A stretch of 64,000 nt of DNA from Epithemia pelagica (taxonomy: Eukaryota > Protista > Bacillariophyta). Positions 34,407-46,600 of the stretch are shown in pieces. The stretch's first letter is position 1; each line of letters begins with the position of its first letter. The translations under genes and the position numbers were made by a program. The stretch lies in NCBI GenBank assembly GCA_946965045.2, contig OX337240.1:1860001-1924000 (forward strand), in the 5' to 3' direction. The notes beneath the pieces are model-generated. The model searched no databases. It had not been told where the DNA came from and was given only the letters and a program-made list of their open reading frames with translations.

Positions 34407-36128
34407 TCATGATAAGCCATCTTGTCCATCTACACGTACATCTCCGTGATTCTCCTCATCTTCTTCCACGGTTTCATCCTCAATTGAGACCGGGTGAACA
34501 TCACTTTGTTTTTCTTCTACAAGCGACAAATCAGTGTCCTTGAAGGATACATGCTTGTCTTCATTATGGGTAGGATGCATAGGAGTAGAAGGGTGTTCTT
34601 CCATGTTCCCTTCTGTCACACTTGCATGTGAAATCGGATTGTGATTGTCGTGAGACATGGAACTTGTCGTTCTCAATGTCGTTATGGTTGTTTGATTGGC
34701 ACAATAGCGACCGGCATGATCCAGGGTTTGTCCACTGGTACCAGGACGGCCTCTACGACTGCTGCTGCCCGTACCCCGGCTTGGCCATTCCTCAATCCAA
34801 GGACCCAAGTATGGAATTTGGCGCATAAATGCTAGGCTTTTACCATCTTTGATCAGATCTGCAAACCGACGGCGAAAGTACACAAGCGCATTCAAGAAGC
34901 CCTGAATTTAGAAGCGAAAGTAACAAAGCCATTGTAACCGGAGACATCATAACGTGTAAGAACTTTGTATCTCTCAGCGAAAAGGGTAGTTATTGCGACA
35001 TTGCGATATGCAGACCCGATACATACCTGCAGAGGAGTGCAAATCTTGACTCGCAGAGCAACTGGCAGTTTTCGTTTTCGTTCCAGATCAGGATCATCAG
35101 GTGTGCTTTTCATTTGCAATATCAACGTCATGGGCGAGTAAATGACAAAGAAAATAGCAATATATAACAAAGCCTGACGAGCCGTGGCCTTGGTACGAGC
35201 ATAGCTAGGCTCATTACCGCGGCTAGCAGTGGGAGATGTCGCAGCTGTCGAAGCCGCCGTGGCAATGGTATTCGAACTTTCCCCTCGTCTATTTCGACCA
35301 CGGGGTCGTCGACCATCCGGCCGACCCACAGCGTACCGACCCATATTCCTTTCAATACGACGTACCTTGCAAACAATCAGAAGCATGCAAATGATAATGA
35401 TCGTCCACGCAAAAATGACATTGCCTGTTTCTATAATCCCAGTGAAGTCATCATAGTCTTCGCCTCGTACACAATCAATGTCGTCATTTTCGTTGCACAA
35501 AGGAGGGTTGTCGGAAAACCAACACCATCCGGGTAAATCTCGTCGTGGATTAAACACACGCGAGGCAATACCACCCGAACTGGAGGAGATCGGAATAATC
35601 CAGCCGACAAGATGTGCCAAAGGTTCCAAGCAACAAGCAATCCGTCTTCATTCCAGGCAAGTTTTGCGCAAAAAGAAAGAACCAAAAGGTCAGCGCGGTA
35701 TACGGGCGACTGTCCATCTCATTGGAATAAACCCACCGTTCTTTCCATTCCCATCGAAGCAACATGACAAAATGGATCGCCAAAAAGACGGTATACCACA
35801 TGGCTCCAAAGGATAGATTGAGAAAAAATCCGGAAGCTTCACAGGTACCAACCGTCCCTCGTCCACTTCTTCCAAAGGGCCAATCTGAGGGTACGGCCCA
35901 GGGACCGAAGATGAGCAATCCCATGGAACTCATCCAGTCAAAGAAGGAAATTCCCACCATTATGCGATGATAAACATGTTGCAACAATTCTTTGCGATCG
36001 TACCAGATGGACCACAAGATCAAGGACGATCCTGCTACGGACCAGGGCGCCGTAAAGTATGGAATAATTGCCAAAAAGGTGGCTTGGGCATAGGTGTACA
36101 AGGGAGGAGGATATACGGATGTACTCAT
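34407..36128 (-). CDS. 7-TM G-protein-coupled receptor (cAMP-receptor/Git3-like), left copy; exons 36128-35737, 35645-35027, 34901-34407
   Basis: Spliced frame gives WEWKER/RIACCLEPLAH and PLQ/GFLNALVYFR; TM3 CEASGFF; 1506 nt of coding sequence, divisible by 3. Confidence 0.85.
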
Positions 36129-36769
36129 TTCATTTAGAAGCAGGAAATGCTCGTTATTGTTGTTTTTCTGGTATGGCCACTTGAACTTGACTGCTTCGCT
36201 TTACTGACCACGAAAGCAATAAACGAGAGAAAACAAGCGACAAGAAACAAAAGATTAGATCACTTCCCTTAACTGATGCGCCTACTCTACAAACGCGAGC
36301 CTCTATCTTGAATCGCTCTCTCAAGTCGAATATTTGTCTACACGCATCTACGTAACTAGCGGACCACATTGCGTGTGGACTGTCTCAACACGAACCACTT
36401 GTCATTCAATCCAGCTTATGTCAACAACAAGGACCTCGAATGTGGCTTACCGCTTCAATGGGAATGTCAAGCTCTTCCAACGTTCCGCTCAAGGGGAAAG
36501 GAGGACAAACACAACAAGAGGCGATATGAAGAATGAAGAAGATAGAACCTCTAACGCCCAAACGCGACTGTAGTGGAGCCACATCCGACCGTTAACCGTT
36601 AAAACGCTGGGACGGCGCGTTGCCGCGCGTGAAAAACACGACTGGCAGAAGTCCCGTATGTATGCGCCGTGGAAAATTCGCTTCCGCGACCACAAACCAC
36701 AACATCATCGGCAATTCTCGATCTCAACAATAGAGACGACACAACGAGAAAAGACAAGGACAGGAGGAG

Positions 36770-38743
36770 ATGATAAGGTTCAAACGGAAACAGTGTTGCG
36801 AGTCACCTGTCCAGAATGATTGCGCTGATCCCTCATCCTGTGAAAGCGCAAGCAATATGGACAGCAGCTGTGGGAACAACCAACACTTTGCAGGCACACC
36901 ATCCGTGACTCGAAACAACTGCAACCCACACCGATACCAACCAAGACGGCAAGGCAAGGTCGTTCTCCTCCGTTCCATTATAGTTTATGGAACTCTGTTG
37001 TATGGTTCATACTGCTGTGTGTCAATTTGGGAACCGGATAGACCAGAATCACCACATACTGCTTCCAGTGCTCCACATCCTTATTCGCAGTCATCCGTGC
37101 GATTGCCATGGCTACGGAATCACCAGCAGGAAAACAACTCACTTTCTTTTTTATCATCTGTTCTGTCGATGAATGGTACGAGTTCTACGGAAATCAACGG
37201 TCAAAACGATTCTCTTACAAATTCTTCCAGTTCCATTCAATTGCATGCTTTGGTTCGTCATTGTTGGAAGTTGTGGCTTCACGACAATGTCCCGTTGGAT
37301 CAAGAAGCACGAACAAGGCAATGGTTATGGCGTGCGTTGGAACTGCCGGAATTTTTGAAACCCTTTTATGGCAACCACCAATCCGAGGTTACAGATACTA
37401 ACCACCACAATGGCGCTGACCCTCTCCATTCGACTCAGAAACAACCCTCTTCGTCTTTGCAGGCACCTCGCGAATATCGCTGTGCATTGGTCTTTCATGG
37501 ATTACCTCGCGCGTTTGAATCGCGTGTCCTGCCTTCCATTGTCCGACATGTGTTGATTCCCAATGCCCGATACCACTGCGATGTTATGTTCTACTATCAT
37601 GCCTTGGACCAAGAGCAAGAAGGACGATCTGGAGCAGGAGGTACCCTGTCACCTCACAGTGTCCGTCGGCTCGTGCCGCACGTGGTTCATCAAGTTCAAG
37701 ATACTTACTACCAACTGGTGGAAAACCTGCAGCAACAACAGCCATTCGGACATCCTCCATCCCTGAACCATACCATGCCTCGTCGTCACGTGGTTGTGGC
37801 ACTCGACCATTATACCAATCAGGATTTTGATTCTGAGCGAGGCGAGTTTTTACACCGCATTCATACCGTCCACGACAACCATACCAGAGAACCCAAGCCG
37901 TTGTATGTACCATGGCGAGAAGGGTTTAACGAGGCCACAACCGATAACATTGTTCGCATGTGGCATGGCATTCAAGGGGCGTGGAATTTGATGGAACAAA
38001 CGGCCCAGCAACAGGGCGTCCAGTATCATCGAGTTGCTGTTTTGCGGGCTGATGTAGTATATACAACCTCGTTGGATATTTGGCAACGACCACAGCATAC
38101 CTATCCCACTCAATGGTTCCACACCGCGCCACTGGACAAGCTCAAACTCCCCAAAACACGAGGCCAACAAACTCAACAGGAAACCAATAGTCGCTGGGAT
38201 TTGGACAATCTTTTTGCCGTTATCCCCGCCTTTTCACCAGTCAATGATCGCCTCGTGTATGGACCGTACGACGCAGTACAAATATGGGCCACAAAGCGAT
38301 TTGATTGGATTGATGAACATGTACATAGTCAACGAGCCGGACGAGGTTCTGGCATTCACGATGAAAAGTACTTGAAATATACGATTCTCCCCAGATTGCA
38401 TCAAATCTCGGTTCCATCCCTGTCTTCAACCGTGTCATCTTTAACTCTTGAGGAGATCCATGACAGTAGTTCAAGCACGTGGAACTGGTTGTTTGGCACT
38501 CCGGAAAAAGTATCTTTGCAAGTTTTGATTGATCCTGGTATTTGTTTCGTGCGGGCAAGAGCGGACGAGTCCCTATGGATCACGGATTGTGGTCATGCAA
38601 ATGAGCAATTGACACATTCCAATCTACTGCAAATCGAAGCCATGTTTCAGCAGTCTTGTCGTGTCGAAGCACTAGAGAGCAGCTTTGTGGAAAATGTGGA
38701 TCGCGCCATTTGTGGCAAGGAGAACAGGAAACTCTCCGGGTAG
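36770..38743 (+). CDS. Type II membrane protein, probable glycosyltransferase-like
   Basis: Single N-terminal TM; CALVFHGLPRAF and YHRVAVLRADV resemble GT-A-fold motifs; intact 657-aa ORF. Family not identified. Confidence 0.6.
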   Translation: MIRFKRKQCCESPVQNDCADPSSCESASNMDSSCGNNQHFAGTPSVTRNNCNPHRYQPRRQGKVVLLRSIIVYGTLLYGSYCCVSIWEPDRPESPHTASSAPHPYSQSSVRLPWLRNHQQENNSLSFLSSVLSMNGTSSTEINGQNDSLTNSSSSIQLHALVRHCWKLWLHDNVPLDQEARTRQWLWRALELPEFLKPFYGNHQSEVTDTNHHNGADPLHSTQKQPSSSLQAPREYRCALVFHGLPRAFESRVLPSIVRHVLIPNARYHCDVMFYYHALDQEQEGRSGAGGTLSPHSVRRLVPHVVHQVQDTYYQLVENLQQQQPFGHPPSLNHTMPRRHVVVALDHYTNQDFDSERGEFLHRIHTVHDNHTREPKPLYVPWREGFNEATTDNIVRMWHGIQGAWNLMEQTAQQQGVQYHRVAVLRADVVYTTSLDIWQRPQHTYPTQWFHTAPLDKLKLPKTRGQQTQQETNSRWDLDNLFAVIPAFSPVNDRLVYGPYDAVQIWATKRFDWIDEHVHSQRAGRGSGIHDEKYLKYTILPRLHQISVPSLSSTVSSLTLEEIHDSSSSTWNWLFGTPEKVSLQVLIDPGICFVRARADESLWITDCGHANEQLTHSNLLQIEAMFQQSCRVEALESSFVENVDRAICGKENRKLSG

Positions 38744-39015
38744 GGACTTTGGCTCGTTGCGCTATGTAAACCACAAATTCCACATCACCACAGAATCTGA
38801 TGTTAACAAATAACACCACCATGTTTTACCTCATACCTAGACCAAGAGAACTACCTATTAACCCTGTGGTACCAAATTTTCAGAAAGTCAAACTATGTTT
38901 TAACTTTTCCATTTACGCAACTGCTTGTGTATCAGAACTTCTTAAACGCATCATCCATTTGAAGGTCCAAGTCGACATCAACATTCATGGACACTAAAGG
39001 AAGTGGGATAAAAGA

Positions 39016-39089
39016 TACAGGAACCGGGAATCGAACCCGGGACCTACTGCGTGTTAGGCAGTCGTCATAACCAACTAGACCATCCCTGC
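39016..39089 (-). tRNA. trnV-AAC: tRNA-Val(AAC)
   Basis: GCAGGGATGGTCTAGTTGGTTATGACGACTGCCTAACACGCAGTAGGTCCCGGGTTCGATTCCCGGTTCCTGTA folds as a cloverleaf with anticodon stem ACTGC/GCAGT, loop CTAACAC and T-loop GTTCGATTC. Confidence 0.93.
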
Positions 39090-39654
39090 TTCTGCGCAGA
39101 CAATTGTAAGTTTTTCCAATATATAAAGAACACATAAAGTTTCGACTTGATGTCAAAAACGAAATTGACGGTCGAGGCTCTTGGCTTCAAGAGAGACTTG
39201 AAGTTATTTGTAAGTTCAAGCCTTCTTCGCAATGAACGACAAATGATCTGGGCTTTCACTCTTACGCATCAGAGAAAGATGGAAAGATATCATCTCTCTA
39301 TGGGAGAGTCTTCGAAATGAGACAAACACTTCGTCGTAGCACCTTTTCCCTGGCTGCAGTCGGATGTCGGATTCACCAGTCGCGAGTCCCAAGAACATTT
39401 GACCATGGAGGTGCTGTGGGGAAAGCGTCTGCTTTGCAGAGACTCGTTCGTGTGAGGTCCGTTTTGGAAAACGAAACTCTTCTTTCGCTGGACGGAAGAT
39501 AAAAACACACCCGAGAAATCAAAAACCCATCCCAATCCATGTGGGGTGTTGGCTTTCAGTGTAGAACAAATCCCTCTGTTTGTTCTCATAAAAAATATCG
39601 TTCCAAAGAAGTTACGCAACTCAGACAGTCGACCTCGCACAGCACATCTTCATA

Positions 39655-41352
39655 ATGTCGTCGACGTCGATGGAAATGTTCTTGACGAGAACCTTGGAGG
39701 AAGGAAAAGATGATTCTCGTCTTGATACAACCCAACTCATGGGAGATGCTTCTTTGGATAGCGAAACTCGCAATACATTGCTGTCGATTCGCCGTCCTCC
39801 TGCTTTGCGTCGTGACACTCATGGTGGTGAATTGAATGCCTGTAAGCCACATTGTTTCGAACAGAAGGCTAGTGACGATATCTCCAATGGCAGTGAAACT
39901 TCTTCGAGTCATCTCGGGGTGGGACTGACAACGGCAGCGAACGTTCGTCCCAAGAAGAAGCGGGGTGAATTGAGCTCTTTCTTCATGAAGAGGATGAATA
40001 AATCCTATGGACTAAATTCGCTCTTGCTAGAAGAGGCACGTTATGGCTTTCGATGCCAATCGATCCAGTCTTTTGAGTTGTCAGAGAAACGCGACAAAAG
40101 TGATGCCGACAAGAATCACGTGGACTTGGTGGCCGCCAGGGGTTCTATGCTTCCCCTTACAGAAGTAACTGGACGTCCAATCTTGGAATGGTCCAAGGTG
40201 TTTTGGGTGATGCGGCAGTTTTTGAGTGATGGCCCTCCTAAACCTTTCATACGCTCCAGCGGAAGGCTTGCGTTGCGCTCTCCCATGACCCGTATTGATA
40301 CGGCCTTGGAACTGTATCTCAAAAATTCAACCTTCCAAGCATCAGAGACTCTTGAAAATGAGGAAGAACGCTTCCAGACAAGTCCAAATACAGTCTTGCC
40401 TAGACCAATAGGAAGATTGAATATGCTCCGTCTTTGCTGGATGGAGACTAAGAAGTTTCAGCGGAACAACAAGACCTTTGGACAGCGAGAGACCAGCGGG
40501 AAAGAGGATCAAGAAGTTTCAGGGCCATCAGAGTCCGTTTTGGACCCATCGCTTTCGGACCCATTGCTTTTGGAATTATTTGAAAAGGGTGCCAACGTGC
40601 CACCTCCCCCGGGCTTTACAAAGCAAGATAGGAATATTCGTAACATTCTTCCTTCGTTCATGAACAAGCGCTCCAAGTCACCAGACAATTCAACTTCATC
40701 TACGGAGCAACTCGGTCTTGTACTGAGTGGAACTGGACAAAATCTGGGGCAAAATGGCAATGCTCCAGAGGAGATTGTCCACCATCTACCCATCTTCCCT
40801 GAACTGGATGATGGCGTCAAGAAGGAAGTACGCTCACAACATTGTACAAGAAAAGGCGTAACGATGTCATCTTCTGTGCTGCTCGGTGGCTTTGAGAATG
40901 CTCACAAGCCTGCCTCAATGGACGATCGCGGTGCCGTAAGTATCCAGTCATTGGGCAAGGCAAACGTTGGTCTTTTCTCACCATTCCATCAGTTTCCACG
41001 ACCACTTCGAATGACAAAGCAGGACAACTCCTTTGGTTTTCGCGGCGGCGCCGGGTCATCGTGTTCCTCCTTGGATGGTTGGACTCCGAGTGGTGACAAA
41101 TTCAGAAATGGTGACAAGGACGCAACACCTCCCACACAACCCAGCTCCACAACCTCGGTTCAGGTGTCCATTGACAACCTGCAATGTTTGGGAGACGAGG
41201 CATGTGAAGAGGGGAATGAGCGTTTCCGGATTCTTGATGAAACGGAGGATGATGAGGGCCATGATGACGACGAGAACGAGAACGACGATTGGAGTTCCAT
41301 GGGTACCCGTGAAATGGGGGATGATGAGGAAGACGATGATTGGATGTTGTAA
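39655..41352 (+). CDS. Hypothetical 565-aa protein with an acidic C-terminus (intact copy)
   Basis: Uninterrupted ORF whose frame is conserved in the paralog. No domain recognised. Confidence 0.65.
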   Translation: MSSTSMEMFLTRTLEEGKDDSRLDTTQLMGDASLDSETRNTLLSIRRPPALRRDTHGGELNACKPHCFEQKASDDISNGSETSSSHLGVGLTTAANVRPKKKRGELSSFFMKRMNKSYGLNSLLLEEARYGFRCQSIQSFELSEKRDKSDADKNHVDLVAARGSMLPLTEVTGRPILEWSKVFWVMRQFLSDGPPKPFIRSSGRLALRSPMTRIDTALELYLKNSTFQASETLENEEERFQTSPNTVLPRPIGRLNMLRLCWMETKKFQRNNKTFGQRETSGKEDQEVSGPSESVLDPSLSDPLLLELFEKGANVPPPPGFTKQDRNIRNILPSFMNKRSKSPDNSTSSTEQLGLVLSGTGQNLGQNGNAPEEIVHHLPIFPELDDGVKKEVRSQHCTRKGVTMSSSVLLGGFENAHKPASMDDRGAVSIQSLGKANVGLFSPFHQFPRPLRMTKQDNSFGFRGGAGSSCSSLDGWTPSGDKFRNGDKDATPPTQPSSTTSVQVSIDNLQCLGDEACEEGNERFRILDETEDDEGHDDDENENDDWSSMGTREMGDDEEDDDWML

Positions 41353-41426
41353 GCATACCACGTTTCGACGAAGGTTGAGTACATGACAAATGCTCGCAAC
41401 CACCTGTATGGTCGAAGCACCAAGAC

Positions 41427-41814
41427 ATGTTGAGCGGCCAAGAGCAATTTAGAATAAACCGAGTTTGTATTAAATTGAGAGTACACAATATCGTTTTTCT
41501 GCAGGTTCATGTCACGATCGAATTTATAGAAATGAAAGAATTGCTGGTGCCTTGTTGGACCTTGTTTTGGCTAGTGCTGGTTTCATGATTGGCGATACGA
41601 CAGGTGCCTGCTTCCACGAATGTTGAGCACTTGGCTGTCGACCAAGAGCAATTTAGAATTAACTGAGTTTGTATTAAATTGAGAGTACACAATATCCCTT
41701 TTCTCTAGGTTCATGTCACGATCGAATTTATAGAAATGAAAGTATTGCTGGTGCCTTGTTGGACCTAGTTTTGGCAAGTGCTCGTTTCATGATTGGCGAT
41801 AAGACAGGTGCCTG
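41427..41814 (+). repeat. ~204-bp diverged tandem duplication, present in the right copy only
   Basis: AGAGCAATTTAGAAT...CAGGTGCCTG occurs twice with a 204-nt offset; there is a single unit in the paralog near 17450-17640. Confidence 0.8.
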
Positions 41815-42932
41815 TTGGGAATGCCGAACTTGAATACTACGGAAAAGAGGGAAGAATGTTGTAGCCGACGATTGCATCTGTTCGTCTTTGTCCAAGTTCA
41901 ACATAGACAACTTCGAACCGACAAGTTGTCGTTTCCCCATCATAGTTGAATGCACTGTGATCATGAAGGCTAAAGTTTTGGGACAGCAGAGCAAACAGCT
42001 GCATTTTTGGATACAATAGGAAATCTTCTGTTTCAGATCACCAAAAAGGTCAGTCTTAAACATCACCTTTTGGAGGCGCAATGAGAATGAAACACTGTTT
42101 TTCATTCTTGCGAACGTTGGCCAAGTCCAGAGTATTTGAAGGTCACACAGGTTCTGCATCTGATCACCAGCTCCTGTTTGTCCCGATTAACCTAATTTGG
42201 AGCAGACAACAAATCCACCCTATGGCCCGGGTTTTGCAGTCTGAAACCACATCTCGCACATCATCATCATCATCATCGAGCATATGTGGAAATATATAAA
42301 ATGAGAAATGAGAACTGTCATGGTGGTTTCTCGTCTCGGCTGAAGACCCACGGCACATATGCTATCACTCGCTTCCGTGTCGTTTTGCGGCAAGGTGCAG
42401 AGCAAAGGGGAGACTTTTCCACTCCTTGGCTTGCCATCACAAGTGTCATTTTGTGAGGCACCTTTGGCGTCACACTATTCAACACATCTGCACCTCATGG
42501 TGAACGTGTTCTTGCCACACACAACCCCAAAGTCCAAAAGTTGATCTCAATCTTTCGCAAATACATCTTTAGCAAACAAAGACTCAAACATAGACTCCGA
42601 CGATATCTCCTTGGTGTTTGGTATGGTTTCGAGATCAAGCGAGAGGGTTGGACGTTGGACCGCTGGCGAGCCTTCATCAATTCATTGGTCAGAACAGAGG
42701 TTCCAGATGTTCCCCGCAAAACCCAAATGGCGCTCTGCGCGCATGTTTCACGCCGGGCTCTCCGACGCCCAGCCCGTTTCTCACAATACCTGGAGTTATT
42801 TCCCAACCAACTTACACACCCATCTTTGGGACGATATTTTTTGTGAATATTACCTTGGGGGAAAAGCGAGGAACCTTTCTCATTTCTTGTTCGATGTTTG
42901 AGATCTGTATGTTTTCGAAATTGTGAGCTTTA

Positions 42933-43421
42933 GGCCGTTCCTTGATATTCTGCAAAAACAAAAGTTGGAGGGTGACACGTCACAAAAAACCCGGAAATAT
43001 GGCGTCAAATCCGGGTTCGACGCTGTTTCAGCTTTTGAGGCTGCAAAAGTTGGGTCCAACTTTTGCAGGCCGGCAAAAGCTGAACAGACATTAGGGATAG
43101 TGCTTTCTTCTTGCTAGTGTACATTGGGCCCTACAGAAACAAAAATGACGGTTTAGGATTTGAACGGCGCGCGTTCGACTCCAACGGTCCCCCTAACCTC
43201 AATGAAGAGGAAGACGGAACGTCCTCCTAATGTCTTACTTTGATAATTGTAGTATTCAAATCATCAAAGTGAATATGGGGACTATTGGGGGCCTTGGGGG
43301 AAAAAGTGCGGTTATAGGTTTTGGTTTTGTAAATGCCAAAGGACGGCGTGTCGCGCAATTGTCTACAAAAAGGTGATGTCATGTGTCGATTTTTGTTTTT
43401 GCAGAATATCAAGGAACCGCC
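42933..43421. mobile_element. MITE, PIF/Harbinger (Tourist)-like, 489 bp, inside the 3' LTR of copia B
   Basis: ~31-bp TIR GGC(C/G)GTTCCTTGATATTCTGCAAAAACAAAA; TSD TTA (42930-42932 and 43422-43424). The other LTR shows the empty site GCTTTAGAATAC. Confidence 0.92.
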
Positions 43422-43606
43422 TTAGAATACTTTGTTAAAACTAGTCGTACGTAATAAAGTTTGATACGGAACTTGATACGGAACATTTCACGTAAGATGA
43501 TGCGGAACATAAATTGGAAGAATGAATCGTATGGAACGAGGAGGAATCTTGTGAATCGAGAGTAAGATGGAGAGTAGGTGATGTCAGCATAGGTGCATAT
43601 ACAACC

Positions 43607-46600
43607 TCACACTCCCTCGTGCTGCGGGACCGGATCGGAAGACCAATCAAGCAATCGATCCCGTAAACGGCGAAACGAATCCCGTGGCAAAGGTTTGGTA
43701 AAGATATCAGCCAATTGTTCCTGAGAGGGCACATGTTCGATGGTAATACGCCCATTCTCCACATGACTGCGGAAATGAAAAAGACGAACCGCAAGATGCT
43801 TGGTTTGTGGTCGGATCTTAGGCTCTGACGTAGCAACTTCAATACAAGCAGCGTTGTCTTCGAAAGTGCGACATTGAACCTGTGCCTTGGAGAAGGGAAT
43901 TGGAAAACCAGAGTCACGTAATTCTTCTAAGAGATTCTGGAGATGAATGACTTCGCGTAGGGCTGTTGAGAGGGCAGTAATTTCCGCTTCGGTCGTGCTG
44001 AGCGCTACCAATGACTGCATCTTGGATCCCCATACCAGCGGACAACCAGCGTACATAATCACATAGCCTGTGCGCGAGAGCGCACCAGCAGGATCGTTGG
44101 GCCTATTCTTATTCCAGCTACCAGCCCACGTAGCACTTGAATCCTTCACGGACATTCGGTCGGAAGAACAGACCTTTATCACGGGTCGCACGTAGATAGC
44201 GGCAAATTCGTCTGACTGCCACCTCATGGGATAGCTTCGGATCGTTACAGAACCTAGCACATTGATGCACAGCGTAGGATAGATCCGGGCGAGACATAGC
44301 TTAAAGATAATTGAGGGAACCAATCACGGCACGGTAGTTCCAATCTTGCTTCCGAGTGGGGCCATCAGAGTCCGCGTGTAGGATCTTATTGGCTTCGGCT
44401 GGAGTGTCATGCATCTTGAAATTTTCTTGAGAGAGGCCCAGACCAAGATGATTCAAGCAGTTGTCGATCGACTTCTGTTGTTGCAACTCAACACGCCCAT
44501 CTTCATGTCGAATGAATCGGGCTCCAAGATAGTCCAACAGTGGACCATCGTCTGTCAGGTCAAAGGACTTTTGGAGCAGCGCTACTTCTTGGTCAATGGC
44601 TTTCGGATCCGGAGAGAAGAAGGCTGCGTCGTCAATATACAGGACGAGAAGAACGACGCCCTTTGAGAATAAACAGGGATCAACGTTGGATTGTTTGAAG
44701 CCTTGCTTGAGGAGTCCATCTTTTATGTGCTCATGCCAAGTCACTTGGCCGTCTTTCAAGCCATACAAGTTTTGTTGGAGCTTCAGCAAGTGTTTATTCG
44801 GGTCAAGGTCGGGCAATGTGGTACCTTTTGGCAATTGCATGAAGATATCAGTCTTCACCTTTGCTTGCGTGTACGCCATAATGAAGTCGATCGATCGCAT
44901 GTCCCATCCCAAAATCAACGCCAGGATGAAGATGCACCAGACGGTTGGCCATGCAACAACAGGGGAAAAAGTGGACCAGTAGGTATCACCAAAAACCTGT
45001 CTGTGGCCTCCAGCACAGAGGCGAGCTTTCCATTTAATGATTGCTCCAGCTGGGTCCTTTTTGCGCATAAACGACCAAACCATGGGGATTGGTTTTGCGT
45101 TGGGTGGAACTTGAGCTTTATGCACGATCTTCCAATGCTTCAATTCGGCATGCTGTTTGAGTTCCTTCACCATGGCCTGAATGAACTTGTCGCTATCTTC
45201 TTGTTGGGGAGCGATATGCAAGGGCATAACATCTGGCTTGATGGCGGCGGTGCTCATCATCTGCAGCAGTGCCAAAGGATGATAGTCGGCCAAAGTCTTG
45301 GCCACATCCTGAGCCATAAAACAACAATGATAAGCAATCAACGACAATCGAGAAGGGGGACGCACTTGTCGACCGGTCCTGGTTTGCCCTGTGGGGGCAA
45401 TGTCCACTGGGTATGGTTGTGGAGTCTCTTCTGGTGGAACAGGAGCTATCTGTGGCTCGGGTTTGGCATCAGGAAGAGGAGCTGGATCGTCAGCAGGCAC
45501 TTGCGGAATTGCACCCGTCAAGAGATCGGGTAATTCGAGCAAGGCCTGTGGGATGTTGTTCCCAAAGTTGAGTAAGTTGGATTCTTGTTGTCGTTGTTGT
45601 TGTTGTGTACGCGATCGTCGTGTCAAGGGACGCGAGATCAGATGGTCAGATCTATTTTCATCTCCTTTGTGCACTAACGCCTTTTGCTTCCAAATGCTTG
45701 TGTCATGTTGTTCGTTCTTCACTGTCTTGAATTTGTCGTCATACACGCAATGGAATTGTGGGCTTACAAGACCAGTTTGCGTAGACAGGATGAGAGGAAC
45801 AGAAGCAGCATGATGGGGCGAGTGACACAACAATACACCACCTCGAGATCGTTCTGCCCATTTGGGATGAGGGCTTCCTGCTTGGAGTGGAGCTTGGAGC
45901 ACATAAACGGGGCAACCAAAAGGATGAAAGTGTTTGGTGTTTGGTTCCACATTGGAGTTGGAAAAGATGGAGATGGGAGATTTTGCTTTGTTGTTACGTG
46001 GGAGTGCATTGCGAATGTTCGTTGCATGCTTCACCGCTTGTGGCCACAAATTTGCTGTGATGGTTTTCGGCCATCTGTGAGCAGCATGAAGGATCATCGT
46101 TCTTGCGCTTTCGGTAAGGTCTCGAATTCGCCTTTCCGCGATCCCATTCTGATGGTGGACTCCCACGCCACAGAAAGAAATTGTTTGGAGTGCGTTTTTG
46201 ACATCGTTCACAAACTCCTTGTCCGCAAATCGTCCATTGTCACAATGATAATGCTGGACGGTAACACCATGCCGTTGCGCGAATCTTTCGAACTCGTGTT
46301 TTGCTTCCAAGGTTTCTTCGGTGGTAATGGCGTGCATTAAATGCACGTAAGTCAAATCGGACGCGTGGTAAACAAACACTGTGGCACCTTTGAATCTTTT
46401 CTTGGTCGGTTGGCCCTTTCCTGTTGGTACGAGACCAGGAACTGGGGATTCCAACTGGTCCATGCTCACGACTGCGCCAGGGACTGTTGACGTGCGAATC
46501 TTCGGATCCACCTTGTGGGTGCGCCGAGGTTTCTTGTGCGCTTTCCCATAGAGGCAGCTGGGACATTTGGGAGGCGCAACCTTTGCTAACCGTTTCGGGA

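Larger units (their letters stand above)
30131..36708. repeat. Segmental duplication block C, inverted copy of ~57127-63142
   Basis: Starts GGCGACAGCCTCC (the reverse complement of sequence ending at 63142) and ends ACCACAACATCAT. The TM, 2OG and GPCR genes are collinear. Confidence 0.92.
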
